The notes under the pieces are model-generated. The model was not told the origin of the DNA. It saw only the letters and a program-made list of their open reading frames with translations, and ran no database searches. Positions 9,531-17,777 of a stretch of DNA of 64,000 bases are shown in pieces (positions within the stretch are counted from its first letter, which is position 1; every line of letters begins with the position of its first letter). This stretch comes from a virus (Duplodnaviria; Caudoviricetes), in IMG/VR virus record IMGVR_UViG_3300043672_000039, positions 1-64,000 of that record; one strand, given 5' to 3'. The position numbers and the translations under genes were made by a program.

Positions 9531-9965
9531 ATGCGCAAAATGAGGTTTTCTGATACCCTCTCGGACATGACTACGAAAGAGAAACTGTTGGAATTTCAGA
9601 AAGATTTTCCGGACGCGAACTACTCCGAATTGGCGCGTAAAGCGGGGTGTTCAAACGTAAACGCGCAGGTTCATTTGGACCCGGTGTATCGAGCGAAAAA
9701 TCGGGTGTCCAACCGTGATTTTTTACGAAAGAGATGTGAAAAAACCAAGCGGCTTTTGGTGGAATTTTTAGGCGGGTGTTGTTACACATGTGGGTATGAT
9801 ACCGATTTTCGTGCCCTCGATTTTCATCATAAAGACCCGTCACAAAAAGTTGCGCAGATTACCAATCTGTTGTCCGGTAAAATAGAAAACGCAATCGACG
9901 AAGCCCGTAAATGCGTTCTTCTCTGTTGCCGTTGTCACCGGGAGCTTCACGCAAAGGAAATTTAA
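9531..9965 (+). CDS. HNH endonuclease with N-terminal HTH
   Basis: NYSELARKAG HTH; CYTCGY...ALDFHH...EARKCVLLCCRCHRELH. Confidence 0.85.
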   Translation: MRKMRFSDTLSDMTTKEKLLEFQKDFPDANYSELARKAGCSNVNAQVHLDPVYRAKNRVSNRDFLRKRCEKTKRLLVEFLGGCCYTCGYDTDFRALDFHHKDPSQKVAQITNLLSGKIENAIDEARKCVLLCCRCHRELHAKEI

Positions 9966-9966
9966 T

Positions 9967-11004
9967 ATGGCAGACGACCAAAATACAGATTACAAACAGG
10001 CGGATTCCCAGTATAATATTCTGCGGAAGATTCTCGCGCGACTCAATCTCGGCATTTCCACGTCCGGTGGTGGAGGCGGCGGAGGCGGGGGCGGAGCAGT
10101 CACTATCGCCGACGGCGCGGATGTCGCGGAGGGCGCGAAGGCGAACGCTGCCGCAACCGACTCAACTTCGGCGTGGTCGGTTGTTTCTCTGCTTAAGGGG
10201 CTTTATGCAAAGCTCTCCGGAACCTTGACGGTCGGCGGCACCGTGGCGGTTAGCAATTTACCCGCGACTCAGCCGGTATCCGGCACAGTTGCAGTTTCTA
10301 ATTTTCCCGCGACTCAACCCGTTTCTGGCACAGTTGCGGTGTCATCTATCGGCGCGGGAGCCGCAGTCATCGGGCACGTCATTGCCGATACTGGATCGAC
10401 AACCGCAGTCACCGGAAACGTCGCGGTGACGAGCGCCGGGCTTACGAATATCGACGTTGCGTTGAGCACTCGGCTTAAACCGGCGGACACACTCGCGGCG
10501 GTCACAACTGTTACTACTGTCTCCGCGCTCACGAGCGGGAATGTGGGTGGGTTCACCAACGTCCAAAAAGATACGACTGCGGTCAGCACTACCCCGGCGT
10601 ATTCCATTGGGGATGCTGTTGGCGCTAAACGGACGTTTGCGAATGCCGTCCGGGTTTCCGGCGGCTCTGGAGTGCTACAATCCGTTACTATTCTCGACCG
10701 CGCAAATCAAAAAGCGGGTATGACGCTTTTCATTTTCGATGCCGACCCGACGAACGCAACGATTACGGACAATGCCGCGTTTGTATTCAGCACGGACGAT
10801 TTGAAAGTGATCGCGCAGATTTCAATTGCTGCGGGGGATTATGTCACTACGAACAGCAAAGCGGTAGCCATCGTTTCCGGGCTCTCAATCCCGGTGAAAG
10901 CGTCCGGCTCCGCGAGCTTGTTCGCGGCTCTCGTCACGACCGGCACGCCGACTTTTGTGGCGACGACCGACGTTCAGTTGACCCTAGGAATTCTCCAAGA
11001 CTAA
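9967..11004 (+). CDS. Putative virion structural protein, Ala/Thr/Val/Gly-rich
   Basis: Poly-Gly stretch; 15-aa repeat GTVAVSN(L/F)PATQPVS at 10237-10347; beta-rich C-terminus. Confidence 0.6.
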   Translation: MADDQNTDYKQADSQYNILRKILARLNLGISTSGGGGGGGGGGAVTIADGADVAEGAKANAAATDSTSAWSVVSLLKGLYAKLSGTLTVGGTVAVSNLPATQPVSGTVAVSNFPATQPVSGTVAVSSIGAGAAVIGHVIADTGSTTAVTGNVAVTSAGLTNIDVALSTRLKPADTLAAVTTVTTVSALTSGNVGGFTNVQKDTTAVSTTPAYSIGDAVGAKRTFANAVRVSGGSGVLQSVTILDRANQKAGMTLFIFDADPTNATITDNAAFVFSTDDLKVIAQISIAAGDYVTTNSKAVAIVSGLSIPVKASGSASLFAALVTTGTPTFVATTDVQLTLGILQD

Positions 11005-11870
11005 TGCCCAACTCAGTTCTAATCAAACGTTTAAACGGCATCAAGCCGTTGTCCCCTTTGAATAAGGACTGGTTGCGTCGCATCCTCAACGCAGGCGGGG
11101 TTCGTCCGTCTCGGACGCAGTTCAAGATTAATGATCAGTTTTATAAAGAACTGGTCAACGGAGGAATTGATTCAAAGGTCATCGTTGCTAATCTTTTCCT
11201 TTCGGCGACTGATTTGCCGACCGCTTATACTCCTCTGATCGCTAATAACGGAAGCGATTCGTGGCCGGACACGGGCAGCACTGGGTCAATTGCAGACCTG
11301 ACGATTAACGGGCTCAAACGGTCGGTGGGTGGGGGCAATAATCGGTTCCTCGAAAGCGGGGTTCTTCCGGGCAATTTTATGACTTCCGGCTCTGGTCACG
11401 GAACTGTTTACGTCACCGAGGATAGTAAAACGGCGAATGAAGTTGAATGGGGTTGTGCAAACGGCGCGGGCACGAATGACATTCGTATGTTTGCGCACTT
11501 GAGCGATAATAACACCTATGCGTATTTTTTCGCGCAAACACGATTGCTGACGGCTTCTGTTACCACGGGAAATTTAACCGGATATCTCTGCGCTTCTCGA
11601 ACGACTACGACTCGTTCCGATATCTATTTCGCCAATTCCTCTACCGTGCATGCCAGTGTCGCAAATGATACCGGAACTTGCACGACTGCGCCGTCTGCAA
11701 TTGTGGGAATGAAAATTTATGCGGATTCTCAAAATGGAACGGTAAGCGCATTCAGTAATAAACGGTTAAGTGCCGTAACCTTCGGAACGGCTCTTACCGC
11801 AGCCGAATCCCTCATCCTTTTCAATGCCATTCAAAATGCCCGAAAAGCATTCGGTGGCGGATTTGCATAA
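11004..11870 (+). CDS. Putative virion/fibre protein (288 aa)
   Basis: Overlapping stop/start; Thr/Ser/Asn-rich beta-type composition. Confidence 0.55.
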   Translation: MPNSVLIKRLNGIKPLSPLNKDWLRRILNAGGVRPSRTQFKINDQFYKELVNGGIDSKVIVANLFLSATDLPTAYTPLIANNGSDSWPDTGSTGSIADLTINGLKRSVGGGNNRFLESGVLPGNFMTSGSGHGTVYVTEDSKTANEVEWGCANGAGTNDIRMFAHLSDNNTYAYFFAQTRLLTASVTTGNLTGYLCASRTTTTRSDIYFANSSTVHASVANDTGTCTTAPSAIVGMKIYADSQNGTVSAFSNKRLSAVTFGTALTAAESLILFNAIQNARKAFGGGFA

Positions 11871-12073
11871 TGAACAACGAAGTTAGTAACAAAACGCTCG
11901 GGGCAGTTGCCGCAATTAACCTATCGGTCGCGGGCCTTCGGGCTGTCTCCGATTATTTTCTTGCGCATATTGTCCCGATTCTGTCCGGTGTCGCGGTGGT
12001 TATTCAAGTCGCGATTGGTGTCGTGACTCTATACCATCTGTTGAAGAATAAAAAGAATAAAGATGAAAAATAA
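11870..12073 (+). CDS. Small membrane protein, holin-like
   Basis: 67 aa, hydrophobic helices and basic C-tail KNKKNK. Confidence 0.5.
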   Translation: MNNEVSNKTLGAVAAINLSVAGLRAVSDYFLAHIVPILSGVAVVIQVAIGVVTLYHLLKNKKNKDEK

Positions 12074-12617
12074 AGTTCTCCTCCTCAGTCTCGCTCTGTT
12101 GGCCGGGTGCTCTTACTTTCCGTTGCGCCCCGGGATCGGATTGATCCAGTCCGGTCCGAACGGCGGCGCATACGTTCGACAGTCACAAAATCCTCAAGCG
12201 GAGTCCACGCAGAAATACGAGCGGACTACGGAGACGATTCCTGCCGGGCTCACAAACGCGACCGTTCGAATTACGGAAAAGGGCGAGACGAAAATAGGTG
12301 CCGCACAAAAAGACACCGCGCGTGAAATGGCGGCAAAACTCGGCTCTCTTAAAAGCGTCGTGTGGATCGGCATCCTTGTATTTCTTTTCGGTGCCGTGAG
12401 CTTTGTTTATCCTCCGTTGAAAATCATTACGGGCGGGAGTATTACCACGAGTGCTGTTATTACCGCCGCCGGGTTGGCCCTCATTGTGCTACCGTCCCTC
12501 ATCGTTGGGCATGAGTTGCTGATTCTCGCTGTTTCGGGGGGTGCCGCCGGGCTCTACTTCTTTGCTCATAGACATGGGAATCTTAAGGGAGTGGTCGAGA
12601 CTCTCAAACCAAAATAA
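12063..12617 (+). CDS. Lipoprotein with C-terminal transmembrane helices (spanin-like candidate)
   Basis: MKNKVLLLSLALLAGC lipobox; hydrophobic C-terminal helices. Confidence 0.6.
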   Translation: MKNKVLLLSLALLAGCSYFPLRPGIGLIQSGPNGGAYVRQSQNPQAESTQKYERTTETIPAGLTNATVRITEKGETKIGAAQKDTAREMAAKLGSLKSVVWIGILVFLFGAVSFVYPPLKIITGGSITTSAVITAAGLALIVLPSLIVGHELLILAVSGGAAGLYFFAHRHGNLKGVVETLKPK

Positions 12618-13330
12618 TGGCGGCGATTTCACAGATAACGAGCGGAGTTTTACAGACTTTTTCGCAACCCCGAGTAGGGGAAACGGTTAAAATTTTTGTA
12701 TCGTCAAACACTTTGTTCAAGGTGGGCGCGTTTATTTTTATCGCAAACTCTGGGCTTTATTCGGTCGTTCTTTCGGGTTCGCACGGACAAATATCAGTTA
12801 AACTTGAACGGAAATCTTTTGATGCCGGAGCGCAGGTAAAGCAAGGATCAATAATCACTTTTGTTTCTGAAACCGCCATAGGTCCCTCGGGTCCTGCGGG
12901 CGTGACCGGACCGAGCGGAATTGCTGGCCCGGCGGGCGCTGTGGGTGCTACCGGCGCGACGGGAGCCGCAGGCGCAACCGGGGCAACCGGTCCGTCCGGA
13001 GGTGCTATTTCAATTGTAGCCGCAGAAAATCTCCCTGCTTTTATTGCTGTGACTTCGACCGGGTTCAAAGCCAATTCTTCAACAACCGCCCATTTTTCGC
13101 GCATCGTTGGTATTACTACCGCAGCTATTTCTTCTGGTTTTTCTGGGGGTGTGGTAGAAGTGGGAGAAATTCAAAATTTGGGTTGGTCTTGGATTTCCGG
13201 AGACATAATTTTTTTAAACGGACTCGGACTTTCGACGATTCCGCCAACATCCGGGTTCGTTCAAAAGATCGCCCTTGCAAAAAACTCAACAACCTTAATA
13301 GTGGAATTGGATGATCCAATTCTTTTGTGA
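12617..13330 (+). CDS. Collagen-like repeat fibre protein
   Basis: 13 Gly-X-Y triplets at 12881-12997, rich in GAT. Confidence 0.75.
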   Translation: MAAISQITSGVLQTFSQPRVGETVKIFVSSNTLFKVGAFIFIANSGLYSVVLSGSHGQISVKLERKSFDAGAQVKQGSIITFVSETAIGPSGPAGVTGPSGIAGPAGAVGATGATGAAGATGATGPSGGAISIVAAENLPAFIAVTSTGFKANSSTTAHFSRIVGITTAAISSGFSGGVVEVGEIQNLGWSWISGDIIFLNGLGLSTIPPTSGFVQKIALAKNSTTLIVELDDPILL

Positions 13331-13340
13331 AAGATAATAT

Positions 13341-13826
13341 ATGGCCTTACGCAAACCGTTAGTATTAGTCGCCGGACAAAGACAACAATTGCAATCCGCC
13401 GATACACTGGATGCGCCGCAATCGGGCGGAGATGTAATCGTGCAGACGAATGATGAGGCGGGGGCGATTGTTATCGGAACTCCGGTGTATAACGACGCTA
13501 ATGATGGAGTAAAGAAAGCGAAAGCCGACGCTTCCGGAACGAAAGATGTTATCGGTTTGGTTCGGGATGTCAGTATCACGAATGCAATCGCCGGAGCGAT
13601 TCAAACGTCTGGAGTGTTATCCGCGACCACCGGACAATGGGATGCCGCATTCGGAACTAGCGGAGGGCTTACTCGGGGAACGAGATACTATTTATCAGCA
13701 GCTACCTCTGGACTCGGGACTAGCACAGCCCCCTCGACCACGGGTCAATATGTTGTGGAACTTGGAATCGCGATTTCTACAACGGAATTATTGTTATCTG
13801 CTCCTTTCACAAGCACATTACTATGA
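13341..13826 (+). CDS. Putative capsid decoration/fibre-associated protein
   Basis: IVIGTPVY..KAKAD..VIGLV..GAIQTSG pattern resembles phage cement/DUF2190-like proteins; similar to C-terminal half of upstream gene. Confidence 0.5.
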   Translation: MALRKPLVLVAGQRQQLQSADTLDAPQSGGDVIVQTNDEAGAIVIGTPVYNDANDGVKKAKADASGTKDVIGLVRDVSITNAIAGAIQTSGVLSATTGQWDAAFGTSGGLTRGTRYYLSAATSGLGTSTAPSTTGQYVVELGIAISTTELLLSAPFTSTLL

Positions 13827-13999
13827 GTAACCGGCTTCCACTGGTGCTAGACGACTCCGGTCAAAGACAACGTCTGCAACCCGGAGATGATGTAGCGATT
13901 CCGGTCAATGACAGAGTAACTTATTTGGAGGAAAAAGTAAAAACATTAATCGAAGCTCTGGCCCTGAATGGGTTAGAACTTCCGGAGGAAATATTATGA
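13823..13999 (+). CDS. Small protein (58 aa) MSNRLPLVLDDSGQRQRLQPGD...
   Basis: Translated by hand; ATGA overlaps on both sides; N-terminus resembles upstream gene. Confidence 0.7.
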   Translation: MSNRLPLVLDDSGQRQRLQPGDDVAIPVNDRVTYLEEKVKTLIEALALNGLELPEEIL

Positions 14000-14604
14000 T
14001 TGTAGAAATATCGGGGCAGGTAGGACCGCAAATTTTAGCCGACGGAGTAAACGGAACAGTCCGTCAAGGCCGAACCGGCGCTATCGTGGTGGGAGAATTG
14101 CACGGACGATATTACGAAAACACTTTTCGAAAGAGTGTTTTCTCTGCGTCGAATCAAGCCGCACAAGCTGTTTCTGTTGCTCTAGCGACGGCGTATACTG
14201 GGCTTTGCCTTTCGAACCCTCTCGGGAGTGGGGTGAATCTTTCGCTGCTCAAAGTGAATTTTGCGCTATCAGTTGCTCCCGCCGCGATCGCCTCTCTACA
14301 TCTTATTGGAGGATTTTCAGCGGTTGCAAACGTAGCGCATACGGCCGCAGTTACTCCGACGAATAATTTTCTGGGCGGTGTCGCCCCGAATGCAAAGGTT
14401 GATTCCCAAGCAACAATTCCAACGCCAACGTATCTGTTTTCGTTATGTAACGGGTTTACTGCCGCCGCCCTGCCGAATCAAACTATGCTCCCGGTTGATT
14501 TTGAAGGGTCCTTTGTGATTCCCCCGGGCGGATTCATCGCTATCGGGGCTTTAACCGCTGTTACCGGGTTCGGTTCGTTCATCTGGGAAGAAATCGCCGC
14601 CTAA
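13996..14604 (+). CDS. Hypothetical structural protein (202 aa)
   Basis: Coupled ORF, Ala/Gly-rich beta-type composition. Confidence 0.65.
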   Translation: MIVEISGQVGPQILADGVNGTVRQGRTGAIVVGELHGRYYENTFRKSVFSASNQAAQAVSVALATAYTGLCLSNPLGSGVNLSLLKVNFALSVAPAAIASLHLIGGFSAVANVAHTAAVTPTNNFLGGVAPNAKVDSQATIPTPTYLFSLCNGFTAAALPNQTMLPVDFEGSFVIPPGGFIAIGALTAVTGFGSFIWEEIAA

Positions 14605-14621
14605 CTTTGAGGAAATAATTT

Positions 14622-15698
14622 ATGTCTGATTGCGGATGCAATAAAAATCCCCGGAATATTCTCGATTGCAACACGAACACGACCGAGTCGTGCCAGAATC
14701 CGTGCTGCTCGACGCCGACTAATTCCGCCGCGTGTGAATCACTCCCGAGTCAAATCGAGAATTTCACGCTTCAATTTTTCGGCACCGTAGTTAAGACGGA
14801 AATTGACGGGGCTGTTTCGTGGTCGCTGCCTTGCAATCTCGATGTCGGGCTCCCGAATAATCCGCGTGGCGTCGATGAGGGCCTCGCATGTTATTTCCTC
14901 CGCCTTTTCCATGATGGAATTGTAGGATTGACTGGTCCTCAAGGCGCGGCTGGAACCCCGGGCACGAACGGTCACAACGCGTATACCGTGACTCTCGCGG
15001 GATTTGCGCAACCGACTCTTGCATCTCCGGTAGTTCAAGTTGTCACGCAATACAACCCGGCGATTTTGCCCGGCATCTACGTTTACATTTCGACTTCTGG
15101 TTGGTATCTCGTCAACGAAACAGACGGGAACGGCGTCCTACTGCTCACGCTTGTTAAATCGGTTGACGGTCCGGCGGCGTTCATCGCCGCAGGAAAGCTC
15201 GTGGTTCCTAGCGGTTTTCCGGGCGCATCGATTCAGGGCGGACCCGGCCCGCAAGGTCCGCAAGGTCCGCAAGGCGTCCCGGGTAACACCTTCACAACCA
15301 CCAATGGAATTTATTTCGCCGAAGTCGGAACAGATTTCAATCTGCCGATTGTTTATGCGCAAGTGGATTTCGTAAATTCGGCTCCGCAGCTTTTGCTGCC
15401 GACTGCCGGGCTATATCTCGTGACTGTGGTCGCGGGAGTGCAAGGAGAAACCGGTGTTGCTTCTACGGACGCCGCGACTCTGAAACTTCGCAATCTAAGT
15501 TTGGGCGCGGACATCGGCGGTTCCGAACATCTGATCTCAAACGTTGCGGTTGATGAGTTTGGTCAGATCGTGATCAATATCCGGGTCCAAACAGACGCCG
15601 TGAATCAGACCATTGCTCTGTATGGGAAGTGCACTTCGGATGTAAAAATTTCAGTGGTCGCGCTGCACACCACAATGACATATGTCAAAATCGCGTAA
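14622..15698 (+). CDS. Collagen-containing virion fibre protein with Cys-rich N-terminus
   Basis: MSDCGC...CCS; two Gly-X-Y blocks (GPQGPQGPQG). Confidence 0.65.
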   Translation: MSDCGCNKNPRNILDCNTNTTESCQNPCCSTPTNSAACESLPSQIENFTLQFFGTVVKTEIDGAVSWSLPCNLDVGLPNNPRGVDEGLACYFLRLFHDGIVGLTGPQGAAGTPGTNGHNAYTVTLAGFAQPTLASPVVQVVTQYNPAILPGIYVYISTSGWYLVNETDGNGVLLLTLVKSVDGPAAFIAAGKLVVPSGFPGASIQGGPGPQGPQGPQGVPGNTFTTTNGIYFAEVGTDFNLPIVYAQVDFVNSAPQLLLPTAGLYLVTVVAGVQGETGVASTDAATLKLRNLSLGADIGGSEHLISNVAVDEFGQIVINIRVQTDAVNQTIALYGKCTSDVKISVVALHTTMTYVKIA

Positions 15699-15855
15699 AG
15701 GCAAATGCACAACTCCGGTGACACATGATCCAGACCGGATAATTGTCGGGCGATGCAAATCGGAGAAAGGCGGAACGAAAACCGTCGAACCTCCGGTGTA
15801 TTCTTTGGTAGTCCAGAACCCGACAAATGGACGCGATTTTCTCCCCGGGTCGTAG
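15682..15855 (+). CDS. Small hypothetical protein (57 aa) MSKSRKGKCTTPV...
   Basis: Translated by hand; fills the apparent intergenic gap. Confidence 0.45.
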   Translation: MSKSRKGKCTTPVTHDPDRIIVGRCKSEKGGTKTVEPPVYSLVVQNPTNGRDFLPGS

Positions 15856-15863
15856 GCGGGCAG

Positions 15864-15872
15864 GTGACTGTT
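15864..15872 (+). promoter_or_regulatory. GTGACTGTT motif
   Basis: 17 nt upstream of ATG 15890. Confidence 0.55.
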
Positions 15873-15889
15873 AGATATAGTGAACAATT

Positions 15890-16228
15890 ATGAAAGATAA
15901 AGGAATTGATTTGGCGCTTCCGGGATTCTCCGGCGGCGAGTCTCCGCTCGCGGTCTCTGACCGGGCTCCGGAATACCCCACGCTGCACTTAGAATTCATT
16001 GGTGACGATGCCATTGATTTTCCGAAAGACGGCACGGTAACTTTTCGGTATCACCGCGCGTCTGAGACCGAGTCCGACCGCAACGGAAAGGAACGCTGCT
16101 CCTATACTCTGGAAATTCAAAAACTGGTCTCTGTGGAAGCCGACAAGGACATCCGTCCTTCGAAACGCGACACCAGCACCGAGGACAATCTCGATAAGCT
16201 GATGAAAGCCAAACAGGACAGTTATTGA
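15890..16228 (+). CDS. Hypothetical protein (112 aa)
   Basis: ATG after motif and AT-rich leader. Confidence 0.7.
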   Translation: MKDKGIDLALPGFSGGESPLAVSDRAPEYPTLHLEFIGDDAIDFPKDGTVTFRYHRASETESDRNGKERCSYTLEIQKLVSVEADKDIRPSKRDTSTEDNLDKLMKAKQDSY

Positions 16229-16229
16229 C

Positions 16230-16787
16230 ATGACGAGGAAGGAACAAGTAAGAGAATGCTCTCGTCGTTGGTATTTTGCCAATAAGAAAAGGGCGAAATT
16301 TCTATGTCGTCGATGGAATAAAAGGAACAAAGAACGACTGCGGGAACTCCAACGAAATTGGAAACGCAAAAACAGGAAAAAATGTTCAGAAGCTACGCGT
16401 AGATGGCTGGACAAAAATACAATAAAGAATAGGGAAACCCATCGACGATATCTTCGTCAGCGTTGGAAAACCGATTTGTCTTTCCGACTTTTGGTTACGT
16501 TACGAAATCGAATGCGACAAGCGTTGAAGAAGAACTATAAAAGTTCCGGAACAGAGCGATTGACGGGGTGTTCCATGCGGGAATTAAAACAGTATCTTGA
16601 ATCCTTGTTTAGGCCCGGCATGACGTGGGAAAATTACGGTCCAGTTTGGCACATTGACCATCAAACCCCCTGCGTTAGATTTAATCTATCCCTGCCTGAA
16701 CAGCAACGAAAGTGTTTTCATTTTACGAATCTACAGCCCCTATTTGCGAGCGAGAATCTCAGAAAGAATAAATATGTTTCGTGTTGA
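16230..16787 (+). CDS. HNH homing endonuclease (paralog of 3895 and 61770)
   Basis: GMTWENYG..WHIDH..PC..F.L..QQRKCFHFTNLQPL. Confidence 0.85.
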   Translation: MTRKEQVRECSRRWYFANKKRAKFLCRRWNKRNKERLRELQRNWKRKNRKKCSEATRRWLDKNTIKNRETHRRYLRQRWKTDLSFRLLVTLRNRMRQALKKNYKSSGTERLTGCSMRELKQYLESLFRPGMTWENYGPVWHIDHQTPCVRFNLSLPEQQRKCFHFTNLQPLFASENLRKNKYVSC

Positions 16788-17775
16788 TGATATAGCGGAT
16801 GAGGCGAGAAAAATTATCGGGGTTTGCGACGATACAAAACTTTTCCGGTGGTGCGGCGATGCCGTTTCTATTGTCTCTAACAAAGCAGATTTGGAGGGAT
16901 GGAAGGGGTATCTCGATATCTGCTCCGCCGGGTGTTCCTGTGAACAGGGCTCTGTCTGCAATAATCCTGCCGGGTGTGGGCGACGATGTATTGCTCTGCC
17001 GCGAGAAGTCGAGACGGTAATCGGCGTCAATATCGCCGGGCAACCGGTGCTAGGGCGAGACCAGCTTTTTTCGTTCCATCTGAACGGCCCGGGAGATTTA
17101 CGAAACTCTTGCGAATGGGCTTGGTCCGACAAAGGAAATTTTCACTGCACATACAAAGATTTGATTACCCCGGCGAAACTCGTGGCGTATCTTCAGACGC
17201 GCGAGGACAATGGCAAAGTAATGACGGTCTTCGGGTATGATGTCAACGGAAACGTTCTGCGCCGAACGGAGAACGGTGTCACGATGAACGGTTGGAATAT
17301 TCCAATGATTTACGGAGTCGCGGTGCCGGGCGACGGAGCCCCCACGGTCGCGCGAATCACCGGACTTTACAAAGACATGACGGTTGGCAGCGTCCGACTC
17401 TCGACCATCGACGATTCTGGATCGACCGGCACGCTTCTTTCGGTTCTGGAGCCCGACGAAACTCTGCCGCAATACCGGCGAATTCAACTCAATCGAAATT
17501 GCAATTGGGTTCGAATCGCATATCGAAAAAATGACCCAGTTTTTCATTCTCGGTGGGATCACGTTCCAATGAAAAGCAGGCTAGCATTTTTGATTGCTAT
17601 TACCGCAAGGAAAATGTATGCGGATTTGCAAATCCCGGAAGCGCACGCTTTCGAGGCCGACGCGGCTCGTATGGAAATTGAGGCTCAGCAGATGCGAGAA
17701 GCCCCGCTATTCCATCCCGTGCAGGTCGTGGACCTGAACAATATTAAAGACAAGAACGATTATCAAATTGTCTGA
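16774..17775 (+). CDS. Putative tail adaptor / tail tubular protein A
   Basis: True start MFRVDDI at 16774; precedes large nozzle-like gene; podovirus synteny. Confidence 0.55.
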   Translation: MFRVDDIADEARKIIGVCDDTKLFRWCGDAVSIVSNKADLEGWKGYLDICSAGCSCEQGSVCNNPAGCGRRCIALPREVETVIGVNIAGQPVLGRDQLFSFHLNGPGDLRNSCEWAWSDKGNFHCTYKDLITPAKLVAYLQTREDNGKVMTVFGYDVNGNVLRRTENGVTMNGWNIPMIYGVAVPGDGAPTVARITGLYKDMTVGSVRLSTIDDSGSTGTLLSVLEPDETLPQYRRIQLNRNCNWVRIAYRKNDPVFHSRWDHVPMKSRLAFLIAITARKMYADLQIPEAHAFEADAARMEIEAQQMREAPLFHPVQVVDLNNIKDKNDYQIV

Positions 17776-17777
17776 CT

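Noticed and set aside
15699-15889. Apparent intergenic ncRNA
   Set aside because: Explained by a 57-aa ORF (15682-15855) plus the promoter motif
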